Shown piece after piece: positions 27,875 through 41,609 of a stretch of 64,000 nt of DNA. The stretch covers positions 65,162,001 through 65,226,000 of the forward strand of contig OX597822.1 of assembly GCA_951406725.2 (NCBI GenBank), given 5' to 3'. A program made the position numbers and the translations under genes. This stretch comes from Octopus vulgaris (taxonomy: Eukaryota). Every line of letters begins with the position of its first letter. Positions within the stretch are counted from its first letter, which is position 1. Under the pieces are notes generated by a model. The model searched no databases and was not told where the DNA came from. It saw only the letters and a program-made list of their open reading frames with translations.

Positions 27875-28727
27875 TGCCAGGTCTGATCAATAAGTATCCG
27901 GACTGCTGACATAGTAACGAAGCTAAAGCATGCAGAGTGAAGTCGCTTGGCACAGATTGATCTTCAACTCTGCTGTGCATACCACTGAGTGTTAACGTTC
28001 TAGCTCACTTCTGCTGTTTACAGCAGTGCTTGGAAGTTCGTCGCATTGAGAAGGACAAAGTTGAGCAGAGAATCTGCATGAAATTTTGCCAAAAGCTTGG
28101 CGATACCTGCTCAGAGGCCCAATCAAAGTTTTCAAAACGTTTTCATCGTTTTCGACACAATCAAGGAGATTTTGTGCAAATGAAAATCGAGCGTCTGTTT
28201 AGTTAGCTAAAAGCAGTTTTAACACAAACTTGGCAAGACACGCGTCTCAAACCCAAATCTTCAGTAATAATGGATTGAGCTGAACCGTAGCATATCTGAA
28301 CATCCTCTGATAACTCACAGATGGTGATTCGACGATTACTCTTGACACCTGTAAGCTGCGATGTTTTCCTCACCTCTGCTGTTTGCGGGCCTCCCAGAAC
28401 ATTCGTTAATATCGACAGTTTTTCTGCCATCTTGGAAAGGTCTGAACCAATCGTACAGTTGTGTGCGGCTCATACACTCTTCTCTATACCCTTTCTGCAG
28501 CTTTGCGTAGGTCTCTTTGCAGGCAAAACCATGGCAACTTTCTCATTGTCAATGCGACGGTCAGACATTAAGCACGTTGCTTCGAAGCACTACTGTAAGC
28601 AGCGGAATTAAGTTGCAACGTTAACACATAGAGTACATGCACAGCAAATCAAGACCAATCTGTGCCAAGCGACTTCATTCATTCTGTGCCAAGCGACTTC
28701 ATTCATTCTGTGCCAAGCGACTTCATT
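27875..28727. mobile_element. Mariner derivative made of two inverted left ends
   Basis: Plus strand has a TIR and VEQRICMKFCQKLGDTCSE. Minus strand has ETYAKLQKGYREECMSRTQLYDWF...NRRITICELSEDVQICYGSAQSIITEDLGLRRV. The right end is a 24-bp unit repeated three times (28659-28727). Confidence 0.8.
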
Positions 28728-29110
28728 TAGTCTCGGTGCGTGGTATCTTGAAAAGGTGTCTTTCATTGAAGCCGAAGAAGTATTGAGAAGTGAATGACTG
28801 GAAATTATGCGGAATCCCGTCTAATGTATTGTACTGATAGTTTAACAGTCGATCCTTTTTATTTACACTATCGTGGTGTTTGAAACTAAGGATTACGTTG
28901 AATGTACAGATACCCGGGGAAATGTCAGTCATTTACACGCTTACTAAATGAGCTGGTGATCCTGTTCATCTTACAGATCATCGTCGAAATTGACGGAAGT
29001 TCATTTGTGCTTGTATCCGTGTGTACAAATATAAAATTTCAATGCCTATCCATTGAGCTGATTGAATTGTCTCCTGCTTATCGTCGAAATTGTCGGAGAT
29101 CCATTTCTTC

Positions 29111-29159
<49 letters not shown>

Positions 29160-29162
29160 ACC

Positions 29163-29372
29163 TCGTGAGTACCGCTGGCGATTTTTTTTTCCTCTGTCTT
29201 CCCTTCTCGGGATCTTTCCTTCTCCTATGTTTCCGACGAAGAGCTCCGCTCGAAACGTTAAACCCTCCTTCTTCCCTTCTTTCCTGAGCGTCCAATAATA
29301 CTTTATTTGTTCCACGTCCTCGCGTTGTTGTGTTTTTTTGTGTTTTTTTGTGTTTTCTTGTTTGGATTAACT
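29163..29372 (+). mobile_element. Penelope-like pLTR fragment between microsatellites
   Basis: Carries a minimal hammerhead motif and a T-rich 3' part ending at (TA)n; a second partial copy is at 19799. Confidence 0.6.
29229..29263 (+). ncRNA. Minimal type-I hammerhead ribozyme motif (one core mutation)
   Basis: gttt-CCGACGA-a-gagc(tcc)gctc-GAAA-cgtt-aaac. Stem I is gttt/aaac, stem II is gagc/gctc, and stem III is a loopless ACGT; U4 is changed to C. Confidence 0.6.
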
Positions 29373-29733
29373 ATATATATATATATATATATATACTTAA
29401 ATGCATGCATAAATACATTCATGTATGTGTAGGGATAATCTATACACACGCAACGCTTGTATTGTTTGCATCTCTCCGTTTTCTTCTATTCCCTCATCAT
29501 TCCATCGTATTGCCGAAATCTATCGGAATTTATCCGTCTTCTGTTGTAAGACAGGAAACATTCAGAGTTCTACTAAGTCAATGTTATCATTGCAATAGTA
29601 ATTATAATCAGTTATGGCATCGTTAAAGTCTTCGTCTCCGATTAAATTTCCAAATAGAATAAATCTCTGCGGTTAATGCTGTGAGTGGGTCTGTGCAGAT
29701 ATACGACATAAGCACTTGCATTAATACACACGC

Positions 29734-29764
<31 letters not shown>

Positions 29765-30286
29765 CAAATATATGGGCATGTGCTCTCTAAGTGCACTGTT
29801 CGGTGTTTATGTATTTATAACTAAATGTGTATACGGAATACAGGTTTGTACAGGTGCATGTCTAGATTGTATTAAATTGTTTATCCGTACGTCTTTATAT
29901 ATGTCTGTGCATATATACATATATATGTGTGTGTGTATGCGTGTGTGTGTGTGTGTGCATGCGTGTATGTGTGTGCACGTCTAAATGTGTATATCTGCAT
30001 GTATGGTCGTGTGTATGTCAGTGTAGATATAATCTTTTTTGCATATTTGTTTACAGTGTACGAAGTTGTCTTTGACTCCATGTTTGTATATTAATCTCTC
30101 CTTCTCTCTCTCTCTCTCTCTCTTTCTCACACACACAAACACATCTTTCTCTCCGTCCCTCACTCTCTCTCTCCCTCTCCCTCTCTCCGTTTTAGAAAAT
30201 TGCGTATATATATATATATATGTATATGTTTGTATGTATACGTTTGAGCCTTTAGTCTGTGTATGCGAATAGTCATGTGTCGTGAT

Positions 30287-30520
30287 AAATACATACATAC
30301 ATACATGCATACATACATACATACATACATACATACATACATACATACATACATACGTACATACATACATACATACATACATACGTACATACATACATAC
30401 ATACATACATACATACATACATACATACATACATACATACATACGTACATACATACATACATACATACATACATACGTACATACATACATACATACATAC
30501 GTACGTACATACACACATAC
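30287..30520. repeat. (TACA)n microsatellite
   Basis: Direct reading. Confidence 0.95.
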
Positions 30521-30634
30521 ATATATATATATATATTCGTACACGTGTCTACACACACATATATTTACATCCATCCATATTCATACATACATACATACAT
30601 ATATACATATATTTACATACATCCATATATATCC

Positions 30635-30667
<33 letters not shown>

Positions 30668-30708
30668 TACATACATACATACATACATATGTATATATAT
30701 ATATATAT

Positions 30709-30761
<53 letters not shown>

Positions 30762-30772
30762 TATATATATAT

Positions 30773-30851
<79 letters not shown>

Positions 30852-31140
30852 TCGTACGCTTGTCTGTCCATAATGTATTAAGTTGTTTATCATTACATGT
30901 CTCTGTCTCAGGTGATCAGGTGCGTGTAGAGGCTTGTTTACACAGTAGGATGTTTACTTGTGTGTGTGTTTAAAGCTAGATCTCGTTTTATGTTTACATG
31001 TGTAATTGTGCGTATTGATACGCATGTATGTCAGTATGTATATACGACAGTAAGTCGGGGGATATCTCTTTGTACGAACATCTACCAATACATATATCGT
31101 TATGTCTGGCGCACACACGTATGTGTGTGTATGTGTATAC

Positions 31141-31214
<74 letters not shown>

Positions 31215-31299
31215 TGATAGATACATATATATTTATATATATGTATATATATATGTGTGTGTGTATATATATATATGTATATATATTTGTATATATGTA

Positions 31300-31382
<83 letters not shown>

Positions 31383-31518
31383 CTGTATATATGTTTGTTA
31401 ATGTGTATATCCGGTTGTTTAGCAATAATCTGTATGTGTATGCTTCTTTCCCTTCTCTCTTTCATTTTCTCTCTTCTCTCTCTCTCTCTTTCTGTGTTCT
31501 GTGTGTGTTTGTGTGTGT

Positions 31519-31576
<58 letters not shown>

Positions 31577-33036
31577 GCTCGGATCACAGTCCGTTTGGCT
31601 GTTTGTATGTCCTTATATAAAATTTCTTGCGTTGCTTAGTTCAAACTGTTGGCACTTCTAATTTGTAACAACTTTGTCCTTGATATTGCCGTATGCAATT
31701 TAGATTCTATTTCTGCCCTTCGCGTACTAAATGTAATTTGATGGGGAACTGGAAGTCTATTCTCATATCAATTTATTGACGTAAGCGTACAAAATGTCTA
31801 TTTTGGAATGATGTGACAGTATTCTTAATCTGTTCTTAAATGAGCACATGACGCGATATTTTCTGTGGAGACATCGACTGCAGTACGTGGCTAATACTTT
31901 ATTTGTTTTGGGCCCCGAAACTACGATATTTTTTTTGTCCTGCACTTTATCAGTTTTAAATCTGCCACCCTCATATAATAATAATTGCTTGTAACATAAG
32001 CATAACGTGAGAAATTTAGGAAAAATATTAGTTGGTTAAATTGATGCCAGTACTTGGCAAGTATCTTAATTTATCCACTCCGAAGAATGAAACATGATGT
32101 TATGCTAGGCTAAGACGAAAAAGAAAAAAAAAAGAAAAGAAATGAAAACAAAACAAAACAAAATAAAACAAACAAACGGACATCCTTCTAAAACGTTTAA
32201 TTCTCAACAGCAAAATTATAAGCAGCCTTAATGAGGAGCAAAACTAAAAATCATAAAAATATTCAGGAAACTTCCTCTCCTAATCAGTTGTACTCTTGCC
32301 CTGAAAATTATTGCCACCCAGGAAAGAGCAGACCGGTTTCGATTTATGTTATTCCCAAACTTCATCAAAATATTTATTACATTGTACATAGTGTTGTTGT
32401 TTCTGGTTCGTTGTTGTTGCTTCTTACCCTCATATCAATCCTCTTGAAAAACTTCTGTTCAAAGACCTATTTCTCATGACCACCCATTCATCTTGCCAGA
32501 CATTGCATCAAGGATTACCTCATCCTAATGTATTTTCGCTGTTTTAATATTGCAAGTTGGATATGTGAGGGATATTTGGTTGCTATTTCAAGTAAGTCAA
32601 AACGGACCATTTTGGCGCAAGCTATTGTTTGTCGTTCTTTCTAAACGTTTGAGCTGCTTGAAATTGATTTTCTTATAGAGGGACGTTTAACGTGGTGACA
32701 AGGGAATTAGCAAAACGAGGCCGTGTTATTTCGTTTATCGCACACCAATAGTTCTTTAGTGACATGGTTTACGTTCGAATTGCCGATATACTAAAGACAA
32801 CTTAAACTTATAGCTAAGTGTAATGTAAGCTTATACAAAAGCCATTACATGTATTGTTAAGGCGATGAATTACCACAGAACTTCGCACAGTCGACAGGAG
32901 AGTTGTGAGGACTGAAAAAGGGTGCAGATAAATGCCATAGTTGATGAAATTAAGAGAGTTTTCAACATTTAATTTTGTCTAACATCATGATAAAAGAAGA
33001 ATTATATAAATGCATAATACATTTTGTATTAATATT

Positions 33037-33210
33037 GATTTCAAATTTTGACACAAGGCCAGCAATTTCAGGGCAGTAAGTAAGTCGATTACATCGAGTG
33101 CTACTTATTTTATCGACTCGGTGGAATTTGAACTTAAAGCGTAAAATTCGGACGAAATACCACTAAGCTTTTTCCCCGGTGTGCTGACAATTCTTCGACT
33201 TCTCTGTCTT
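33037..33210 (-). mobile_element. SINE family D monomer with 18-bp TSD
   Basis: TSD acattttgtatt(a/g)atatt at 33019-33036 and 33212-33229. Confidence 0.8.
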
Positions 33211-33429
33211 AACATTTTGTATTGATATTAATAGACAGGAGATGGGTGAAGTATTTCGATAATATTTTCGTAGGAGAGAATGAAGTTTGATAGTTATTAG
33301 TTCGACAATCGTTATATACTCAGATAAATACCATGTAGCATTTAGATATAGTACTTTGTGTTCTAAGTTAAAATCTAGCCATGGTCAACCTCGTGTTTCA
33401 TCCTTTTGTTGGTCGATAAAATAAAAGTC

Positions 33430-33858
33430 GGGTGACGAGCTGGCAGAAACGTTAGCACGCCAGGCAAAATACTTAATGGGATTTCGTCTGCCGTTACGTT
33501 CTGAGTTTAAATTCCGTCGAAGTCGACTTTGCCTTTCATCCTTTCGGGGTCGATTAAATAAGTACCAGTTATGCATTGGGGTCGATGTAATCGACTTAAT
33601 CCTTTTGTCTGTCCTAGTTTGTCCCTCTATGTTTAGCCCCTTGTGGTCAATAAAGAAATAAGAAACGTTAGCACACCGGGCGAAATGCATAGCGCTATTT
33701 CGTTTGTCTTTACATTCTGAGTTCAAATTCTACCGAGGTCGACTTTGCCTTTCATCATTTCAGGGTCGATAAATTAAGTACCATTTGCTTTCTGGGATCT
33801 ATCTAATCGACTGGCCCCCTTCCCCAAAAATTTCGGGCCTTGTGCCTAGAGTACAAAG
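33430..33858 (+). mobile_element. SINE family D dimer
   Basis: Two tandem units, each with gaaacgttagcac...gagtt(t/c)aaattc...gtcgactttgcctttcatc. Confidence 0.88.
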
Positions 33859-34311
33859 AATACACTTAACAGTTTTTGTTCAAATTTTGCGATATTTATT
33901 ACGCTAATTAGCATTGGGAGTTGATGTGGGGTGGGTAAAGTTAAACTGTCATCCGGTTTAACACCACCACTTCAATTTTGGGTAGCTCTCTCCTGGGTAC
34001 TTTTAGTTGGGTTTACTCTATGAAAAGCATTCGAGCAGAATTTCTGCGCCAAGATTTCTTTCTCTCTTTATCCCGTAAGATTCAGTGATTTTGAAAAAAA
34101 AAAAGCAAAAAGTGCCATGCCCACTGCCCTTCCAGCATTGACAAACAAGACACACATCATACACACACAAACAAACAAACCACCCACTCACACACATTAA
34201 AATACACACATATACGCATGCACACACACAAAAATACACCGACATACACACGCAGACACACATGCAACCCACCCACACGCAGACACACATAGCATATACT
34301 ACTTGTGTCAG

Positions 34312-34485
34312 TCCATAGACTGCTGTGGTTCCGTTTGAAAAGTTTAGGCGACCAAATCGACCCCACTACGTATTTCTTTCCAGCGCATGTTATTTATTCT
34401 ATCGACCGCTTTTTACTGAACCGATGTTTTACAGGAACGTAAAGAAACCAACGCCGGTTGTCAAACAGAAACACAAAGACTCTCT

Positions 34486-34553
<68 letters not shown>

Positions 34554-34720
34554 GTCTCATGCACACACATGTGTATGTATATATGTAAGACGAGCTTCTT
34601 CCAGTTTCCGTATTCTACACCTCACAGTGCTTTGGTCATCCCTAGTGAAGTAGAACACACTTATCTAAGGTGCCATAACGTAGGACCAAATTCGGTGAGA
34701 GAGCAAACTTCCTACCACAC
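34312..34720 (-). mobile_element. Diverged SINE family A
   Basis: cttgtgtcagtccatagactg...ttattctatcgacc...cggttgtcaa...aaggtgcca; the internal microsatellite here is (CT)/(CTAT). Confidence 0.7.
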
Positions 34721-35035
34721 AGTCCAAATTACACACACACATACACACACACCCGTACTAAGTACAATAAATTATAATATCTGCAATGTGATAATGTCGG
34801 TAAGGTTAAGCAAATAAACTGTTTAAAGGGTGAAAGTTTTTGCACTTAGAAACACAATTGTTAAACATCAGGATATGAGAAATTTTAGTTGATTATCTAT
34901 ATGCGGTACACACTGACACACATCATGCTAATTATGGTTCAATTAATTAATTAATTAATTAATTAAACAAACTTTCTTAATTACTGATAAAGAAAGAATT
35001 ACAAAACACGATGATGCGCACAAAACTTGCAACAC

Positions 35036-35085
35036 ACAAGCATCGGTTGTCAAGCGATGTTGGGGGAACAAACACAGACACACAA

Positions 35086-35144
<59 letters not shown>

Positions 35145-35285
35145 CGACGGGTTTCTTTCAGTAACCGTCTACCAAATCCACTCACAAGGCTTTGATCGGC
35201 CCGAGGCTAGGGCAGAAGACACCTGCCCAAGGCGCCACGCAGTGGGACTGAACCCGGAACCATGTGGTTTGTAAAGCAAGCTACT
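35036..35285 (-). mobile_element. SINE family A truncated at both ends
   Basis: gcatcggttgtcaagcgatg...aaccatgtggtttgtaaagcaagctactt; the A-box region is missing at the junction with the L1/Tx1 3' end. Confidence 0.85.
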
Positions 35286-36767
35286 TTATTTCATGAAAAT
35301 TCGCCATTAAGGCGTTACATAGAGGGGACATACAAATACAGACAAACATATAGGGTGTAGTAGCTTAAAACGTTTTAGTATTTACAATATGTGTACAATA
35401 TTTACAATATAACGTTTACAAATTTAATATTATACAGTAGGGCAAGGAACCCAGCCATCTGGGTAGAACCTTTACTTCTTGATCCGGCCACACTTACCTG
35501 GTGCCAAATATACCCAGCTTGCAAGCTACAGACTTCCATCTTTTCACAAACATATCTCGTGACAGACACCTCTTCTCCAGCCTGATCGTACTACCGAGGT
35601 GGTAACTAAAAAAGTTAACTAACCCCTGGCCGGATACAAAGGTACCTGTCACTATACCTTTCGTACGCGTCTTCCATACTGTTTCTTTCAGTATGGCTAC
35701 TACGCAGGAAAAACAAGCCTTCCTTTCCCGCTGAGGAAGGGAGGTGGCACAATCTCAATGATAGACTCAGCTGATAGCTGTAGTCTTCTATTCACTGACA
35801 ACAGTTGTTCGGCAAAAGCAATCAGTCCCGATAACTCCGGGCACTCCACGAATGCGTGCAAGACGGTTTCCCTATCCTGCTCACATCGCGGACATGTCGG
35901 CGAGACGGCACTTCCGTGCCTTGACTGCTTGTCGCGAACAGGTAACGCCGCACTGAATCACTGCCAGGCCAGGGATTTCTGGTAATTATCCAAATACCCC
36001 GGCCCGAACGTTCTCCGGAACAGGTTGATCAACTGATTTTCATCGTAGCCCAGGGTCTTCCCCAAGGCGTCTTTGGACTTAACCTCTACTAACCCGCTAT
36101 AGAAATCCGCGGTGGAACTCCTGTTGCCGGCATTGCCCGCCTGAGAGAGTAGCTGAAGTGCCTGACGGCACTCCAATTGGCAGTCCCCCAGCCTAGGTCT
36201 CTGCTTGATCCAATTACCAACGTCCGTTAAGGACGTTAATCGCGGAAGGTAGAACCGAACGTGCGGTGACCACACCTGTTCTCCATCCAAGTAAAGCCAG
36301 AGGTGCCTCAACCTTAACGCGAATTTTCGCATCTTCAGCCAAGGCATCCCTAGCCCACCCTTTAGCGGTTTCTGGCAGCAGACAGAGCGCTTTACAAGTG
36401 GCTCTCCTCCTTTCCACAAAAAGTGGAAAAGGATTCTCTCCAACTTGTTCAGCCACAAATCGGGGCAAGGCACCACGGTCAGGCGGTAGGTGACTACTGA
36501 TGCTATGAACATCTGCACCACCTCCGCCCTCCCTAGCAGAGATAACGCCCATCCAGACCAGGTCTGGGTTAGAGCGGACACCCTGCCGGCCACCTCACTC
36601 CAATTTTTCTCTATCTGGAGGTCTGGCTCGAACCAGACGCCGAGCAGCTTAACAGGACCTTCCGTCCAACGCCCCACAACGTTATTAGACGGCATCGGCT
36701 TGCCCCTCCAGGTGCCGAGTTGCAAACCGACCGACTTGTCCTTGTTCACCTTTGCTCCTGCCATCAT
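35286..36767 (-). mobile_element. 5'-truncated L1/Tx1-clade LINE (RT C-terminus, zf-RVT-type CCHC finger, 3' UTR)
   Basis: ORF 35958-36767 reads GAKVNKDKS...VKLLGVWF...LSLLGRAEVV...FLWKG...KGGLGMP. After an in-frame TGA it continues ALPVRDKQ...TCPRCEQDRETVLHAFVEC. The element ends with aataaa. Confidence 0.88.
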
Positions 36768-37417
36768 AAAATCATCATCATCATCATCATCATCACCTTT
36801 CTCTTCTTTCTCTTCTACTTCCCCTTCTACCTCCTCTTCTTGTTCTTGTTCTTCTCTTTCTTCATGTTCTTCTTCCTCTTATTGTTGTTGTTGTTGTTGT
36901 TGTTATTCTTCTTGTTGTTATTCTTCTTCACCTTTTTCTTCTCTTTCTCCTTCTTCTTCTTTCTCCTCTCCTCACAGAAAGCGAACAGTGAATTCAACAG
37001 CAAAAGCAGCTGTTAAACCAAGATCGGTTTTGAATCTTGCCTCTAGTGTCTGCAGACTTGGTTACGAAAGAGAAAATGTCTGTGTGGAGAGAAGAGCTGC
37101 ATTATTGAGTAAGAACGGAATGTTTATAGTTTTTAGAATACATAATGTGGCAAGATAATCAGTATATAATCCACGGGATAGAGCACTATTCTGAAAGATT
37201 GGATACCGTGGGAAAAGCAGCGGTATCAAATACGTAGGAATATGAACAAGGCAATATATAAATCTAAAATATACAGACACGAAGTATCACTAGACGCCAA
37301 GCGTATATATATACATATATATATATGTACATATGAGCATATGTATTTATACACACACAGACACATACACACAACACATTCACAAAAATACACACATACA
37401 TATGTATAATACATACT

Positions 37418-37454
<37 letters not shown>

Positions 37455-37528
37455 AATATTAATATTAATGATTACTATAAAGTAGCAAAGCATTACCTTT
37501 CATTCTTTATATATATATATATATTATG

Positions 37529-37561
<33 letters not shown>

Positions 37562-37656
37562 ATATATTATATATATATTATATATTATATTATATATATA
37601 TATTATATATTATATATATATATATTATATTATATATTATATATTATATATATATA

Positions 37657-37880
37657 TAAATCCTTAAATCCTTTAAAATGTTTTAGCTCGAAGGCCGCGG
37701 CCATGCTGGGGCACCACCGCTGAATGAGCTACACTAGTTTGTGAATCCACCTCTGATACGTGGCACTTGATCAACAAGGGAGTTCGATGCTGCTGCCCGC
37801 ATCCGTGTCTCCTGTCGTGAGGTAGGTTCATCTGGGACTCCCAACAAGAAGAGATCCAGTTTAGTTTTAAAGAAACCCAC
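37657..37880 (-). mobile_element. CR1-group (Zenon-like) LINE 3' end
   Basis: Minus strand reads [42 protein letters not shown], then ggtggtgccccagcatggccgcggccttcgagctaaaac and an (aggattta)n tail. Confidence 0.8.
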
Positions 37881-38330
37881 ATATATTTATATATATTTAT
37901 AAAGTCACGTATACATGCGTAAATATAAAGAAAATATTTCTTTATGCGAATCTCTAGTACAGTGATCAATGAAGACTAATGTCCATGTTTGTTGCGACTA
38001 GATGGTCTTAGACACTGGTTATTTGAATATTAAGGTAGAGAAAATAAAATGTATAAGTAAAAACGATACCTGTATTCATTTAACTCATTAGAACTTGCAT
38101 TGAGTTTCAAATATGGTATTACTTCGGCTATCCTTAAATAAGCACACATGTGTGTATATATGACTGTGTGGTGTTGTATAATTATGTATGTATGTATTTA
38201 TGTATGTACGTACGTACGTTTGTATGTATGTATGTATGTATGTATGTATGTATGTATGTATGTATGCATGCATGCAAGTATGTATGTGTGTTTACATATA
38301 TTAATATTTCATGTCATATTATATATATAC

Positions 38331-38363
<33 letters not shown>

Positions 38364-38383
38364 AGTGTGTGTATGTGTGTATG

Positions 38384-38429
<46 letters not shown>

Positions 38430-38491
38430 ACATATATATTATCTATATATGTATATAAATATATTTCTCCATCCCTGTATCAATAATAATG

Positions 38492-38573
<82 letters not shown>

Positions 38574-39149
38574 TGATGATGATAATATATCATGATAATA
38601 ATATATATTCTCCGACTTAAAGCAATATCCATATATAAACAAATTGACTGAAAAAAGAAAAGCTAATCCTTGCCAGAATCGAACCCATGGCTACACGTAA
38701 CTTAGAAGGCCTTCTGGTTTGCTTATAAATATTATATGTGTGTTTGCATGTATACGCTACTATCGAACAGTGAGAATGAGTACTCAACACCGCATAGGTA
38801 AATAAATATTCCTTATTTGTTGATAAGCAAGCCCACCAATGGTTTGATTGTATAAAAGATCTTTGCAATCCTTCAACCATACCACATAAGAATGATGGTG
38901 ACCGTCTCCATTTTGGATCAGAATACATAAGGTTATACGAAATTGTACGGGATTTAGAAATAAACAAATATACAAATGATAAGGGATAACTTATATGTAT
39001 ATCATAATTGTGGCCTGTATTTGTTTATTTGGAAATCCTGTGTAGTCTCCTGTAATCTCGTACATTTTCGTCCAAAATGATAACAAGTACCAAAGTTTTC
39101 ATGTGGTACAGTTGAACAACTGTAAAGATTTCTTTTTTTACTTTAAATC

Positions 39150-39230
<81 letters not shown>

Positions 39231-39231
<1 letters not shown>

Positions 39232-39428
39232 CTCAAGGTTTAAAACAAACATAATTTTCGGTTTAAAAAAAAATTTTTTTTTAGACATTCATTAACACAA
39301 CATCCCCCCCCCAAATATATGGCACACTAGGCATAACAACAACATGAACTTCCAACCTGTTGTCTCTTGAGGTCTCTGGGTGAGACTTGGAGCCAACTTG
39401 TACAAATATAAAGCAAAAGTCAAACATA

Positions 39429-39430
<2 letters not shown>
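39231..39430 (+). mobile_element. Dong/R4 family 2, 3' UTR-only insertion in (TAA)n
   Basis: Homologous to the 3' UTR at 47331-47524 (ccaaatatatggcac...ttgtctcttgaggtctctg.gtgagacttggag); flanked by TAA arrays. Confidence 0.8.
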
Positions 39431-39480
<50 letters not shown>

Positions 39481-39481
<1 letters not shown>

Positions 39482-40632
39482 TGAGTGAAGTAAAGAATAT
39501 AGATAGAAAAATACGCAAGCTGCTGAGTTGTAATAGGATGCACCACCCAAAGGCAGACGTAGATCGCCTTTACCTTCCCAGAGCCCAAGGAGGTCGAGGC
39601 CTGATCCAATTTGAACTAGCTTACAAAACAACCACAATTGGACTGGCCAAATATCTCGAAATATCGAATGACTGGATGCTAAATCTCGTGGAAAATCACG
39701 AGAGACGAAAGAAGCTTCATTCTATCATCAAGGAAAGCAAAAAATTTGCTATTGATCTCGTGCAGGATACCCAAACTGAACAACCCGAGGGAAGTACGGC
39801 AACTATTGTTGCAAAGAAGGTGAAAATGATGGCAATGAAAAAAGCGCACGAGCAATTGGCTGATAGGTGGGAGGAGAAACCTCTGCACGGCAAATATGTG
39901 ACCCGCAGCAAACAAGCTGATGTTGATCAGAAGCAAACCCATCGATGGCTGCGGAGCTCAGGGCTAAAAGCAGAGAGCGAAGGTTTCATCCTGGCTGCTC
40001 AAGACCAAAGCCTATTAACCCGGAACTACCAGGCCAATGTGATGAAAAATGGAGCAGACCCAAAATGCCGATTCTGCAACGACATGATTGAAACAGTGGA
40101 CCACCTAATCTCTGGATGTAAAGTCTTAGCACCAGTGGAGTATAAATTAAGACATGACAGAGTTGGCCAATATCTCCACTGGCTAATAAGTCGGCATTAC
40201 AATATCAAAACTGCCGACAAGTGGTATTATCACCACCCTGAGGCTGTAACTGAAGGAGAAAATGTAACCATTCTGTGGGACTTTCCAGTACATACAGACC
40301 GAACCATCAAGGCCAATAAACCAGATATTGTTGTGAAAGACCAAAACAATAAAGTTTGCTTATTGATCGACATGAGCATCCCCTGTGATCATAATATCTC
40401 AGCGAAAGAGTTTGACAAGCTCAGAAAATATAAAGACCTACTCATTGAAATTGAGAAAATGTGGCATCTCAAGGCGGTTACAATACCAGTGATCGTAGGA
40501 GCACTAGGAATGATCAAGAAGGGAACCGAAAATTATATGAGAATGATCCCTGGCTTACCATCCCTGCAAGAAGTGCAAAAGATTGTCTTAACTGGTACAT
40601 CACACGTATTGAGAAGAGCATTGTCGATGTGA
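39481..40632 (+). CDS. Dong/R4-clade non-LTR retrotransposon ORF, C-terminal 383 aa (RT thumb, CCHC knuckle, restriction-like endonuclease); 5'-truncated
   Basis: Motifs RLYLPRAQGGRGL, AAQDQSLLTRNY, CRFCNDMIETVDHLISGC, RHD, KPDIVV...LIDMSIP...KLRKYKDL and IPVIVGALG. No stops or frameshifts. Flanked by (TAA)n. The ATG is probably internal, not a true start. Confidence 0.93.
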
Positions 40633-40805
40633 GAACTGTTGCTGCTCATGTATTTTAATTTAACTTTAAAAAAACAAAAAAAAATGAACGAACTACTGAG
40701 TTTGGTTTAATGGCCTACCAATATACACTATGAGTTTCTTTGCCCTAGGAGTCGGGAAGACACTCGGCAAGAAATGGAAGAAAATTTGAAAGAAGAAAAA
40801 AAAAA
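39481..40805 (+). mobile_element. Dong/R4 element family 1 including 3' UTR, inserted in (TAA)n
   Basis: The 3' UTR has a stem-loop gtcggg-aagaca-ctcggc, then an A-rich tail, after which (TAA)n resumes. Confidence 0.9.
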
Positions 40806-40900
40806 GTAATAATAATAATAATAATGATAATAATAATAATAATAAGAAGAAGACGAAGAAGAAGAAGAAGAAGAAGACGAAGAAGAAGAAGAAGAAAAAA

Positions 40901-41554
40901 AGTGGTCAGCGCAGAAATAAATCCTCATAGGTAAATTTTATAAATATCTTATAATTATATACATAATTATAACAAGGGCTTGGCTTGTGCCTCACCACGC
41001 ACTGAAAATAGACGTCAAAAGACACTATTACAACCATAAATTCTCCGAGAAAAAACACACTACATAATAGGCTAGTAGAAGAAAGAAAATGCATTGAAAC
41101 TTTGGTTAACCGCGTACATGATCGTGTTTCGGGTTAAAATAATAAAAACATTACCTTTTGCCTTCATCAGCGTCAGTGTTTGAAAATCGATGGAAGAGTT
41201 TAGCACGGATGTTGCGTGTGGATGGAACCTCATGAATGCAAAACAGGACGAAACCCAGGTATCAATGGCGAGGCGGGGCTCGTGGGGTCCGAGGTAAACC
41301 CGCCCCCCTACTCCATCCGTAATGTCTTCCGGTCTGTCTTAGCATTCGATTTCTCCGATTTCATTATTTGTTTGTAATTATGTGTAAATTTTTAATTTCA
41401 TCCTTTGTGTAAAAATCAATCGTGAATCTGACCCCAAATCAGGTTGTATTGTCCCCTCTTTGTTCGCCCCTTGTGGGTAATAAAAAACAGGTATAGCAAC
41501 GCTTACATGGCTATACGTAACTTAGAAAGCCTTCTGGTTTGCTTATAAATATTG

Positions 41555-41609
<55 letters not shown>

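Noticed and set aside
28659-28727. 24-bp repeat x3 as a possible CRISPR array
   Set aside because: The units are contiguous with no spacers, derive from mariner sub-terminal sequence, and the context is eukaryotic with no cas genes.
36490-37158. 222-aa plus-strand ORF
   Set aside because: It is the antisense of the Tx1 ORF joined to TCT/TGT low-complexity sequence.
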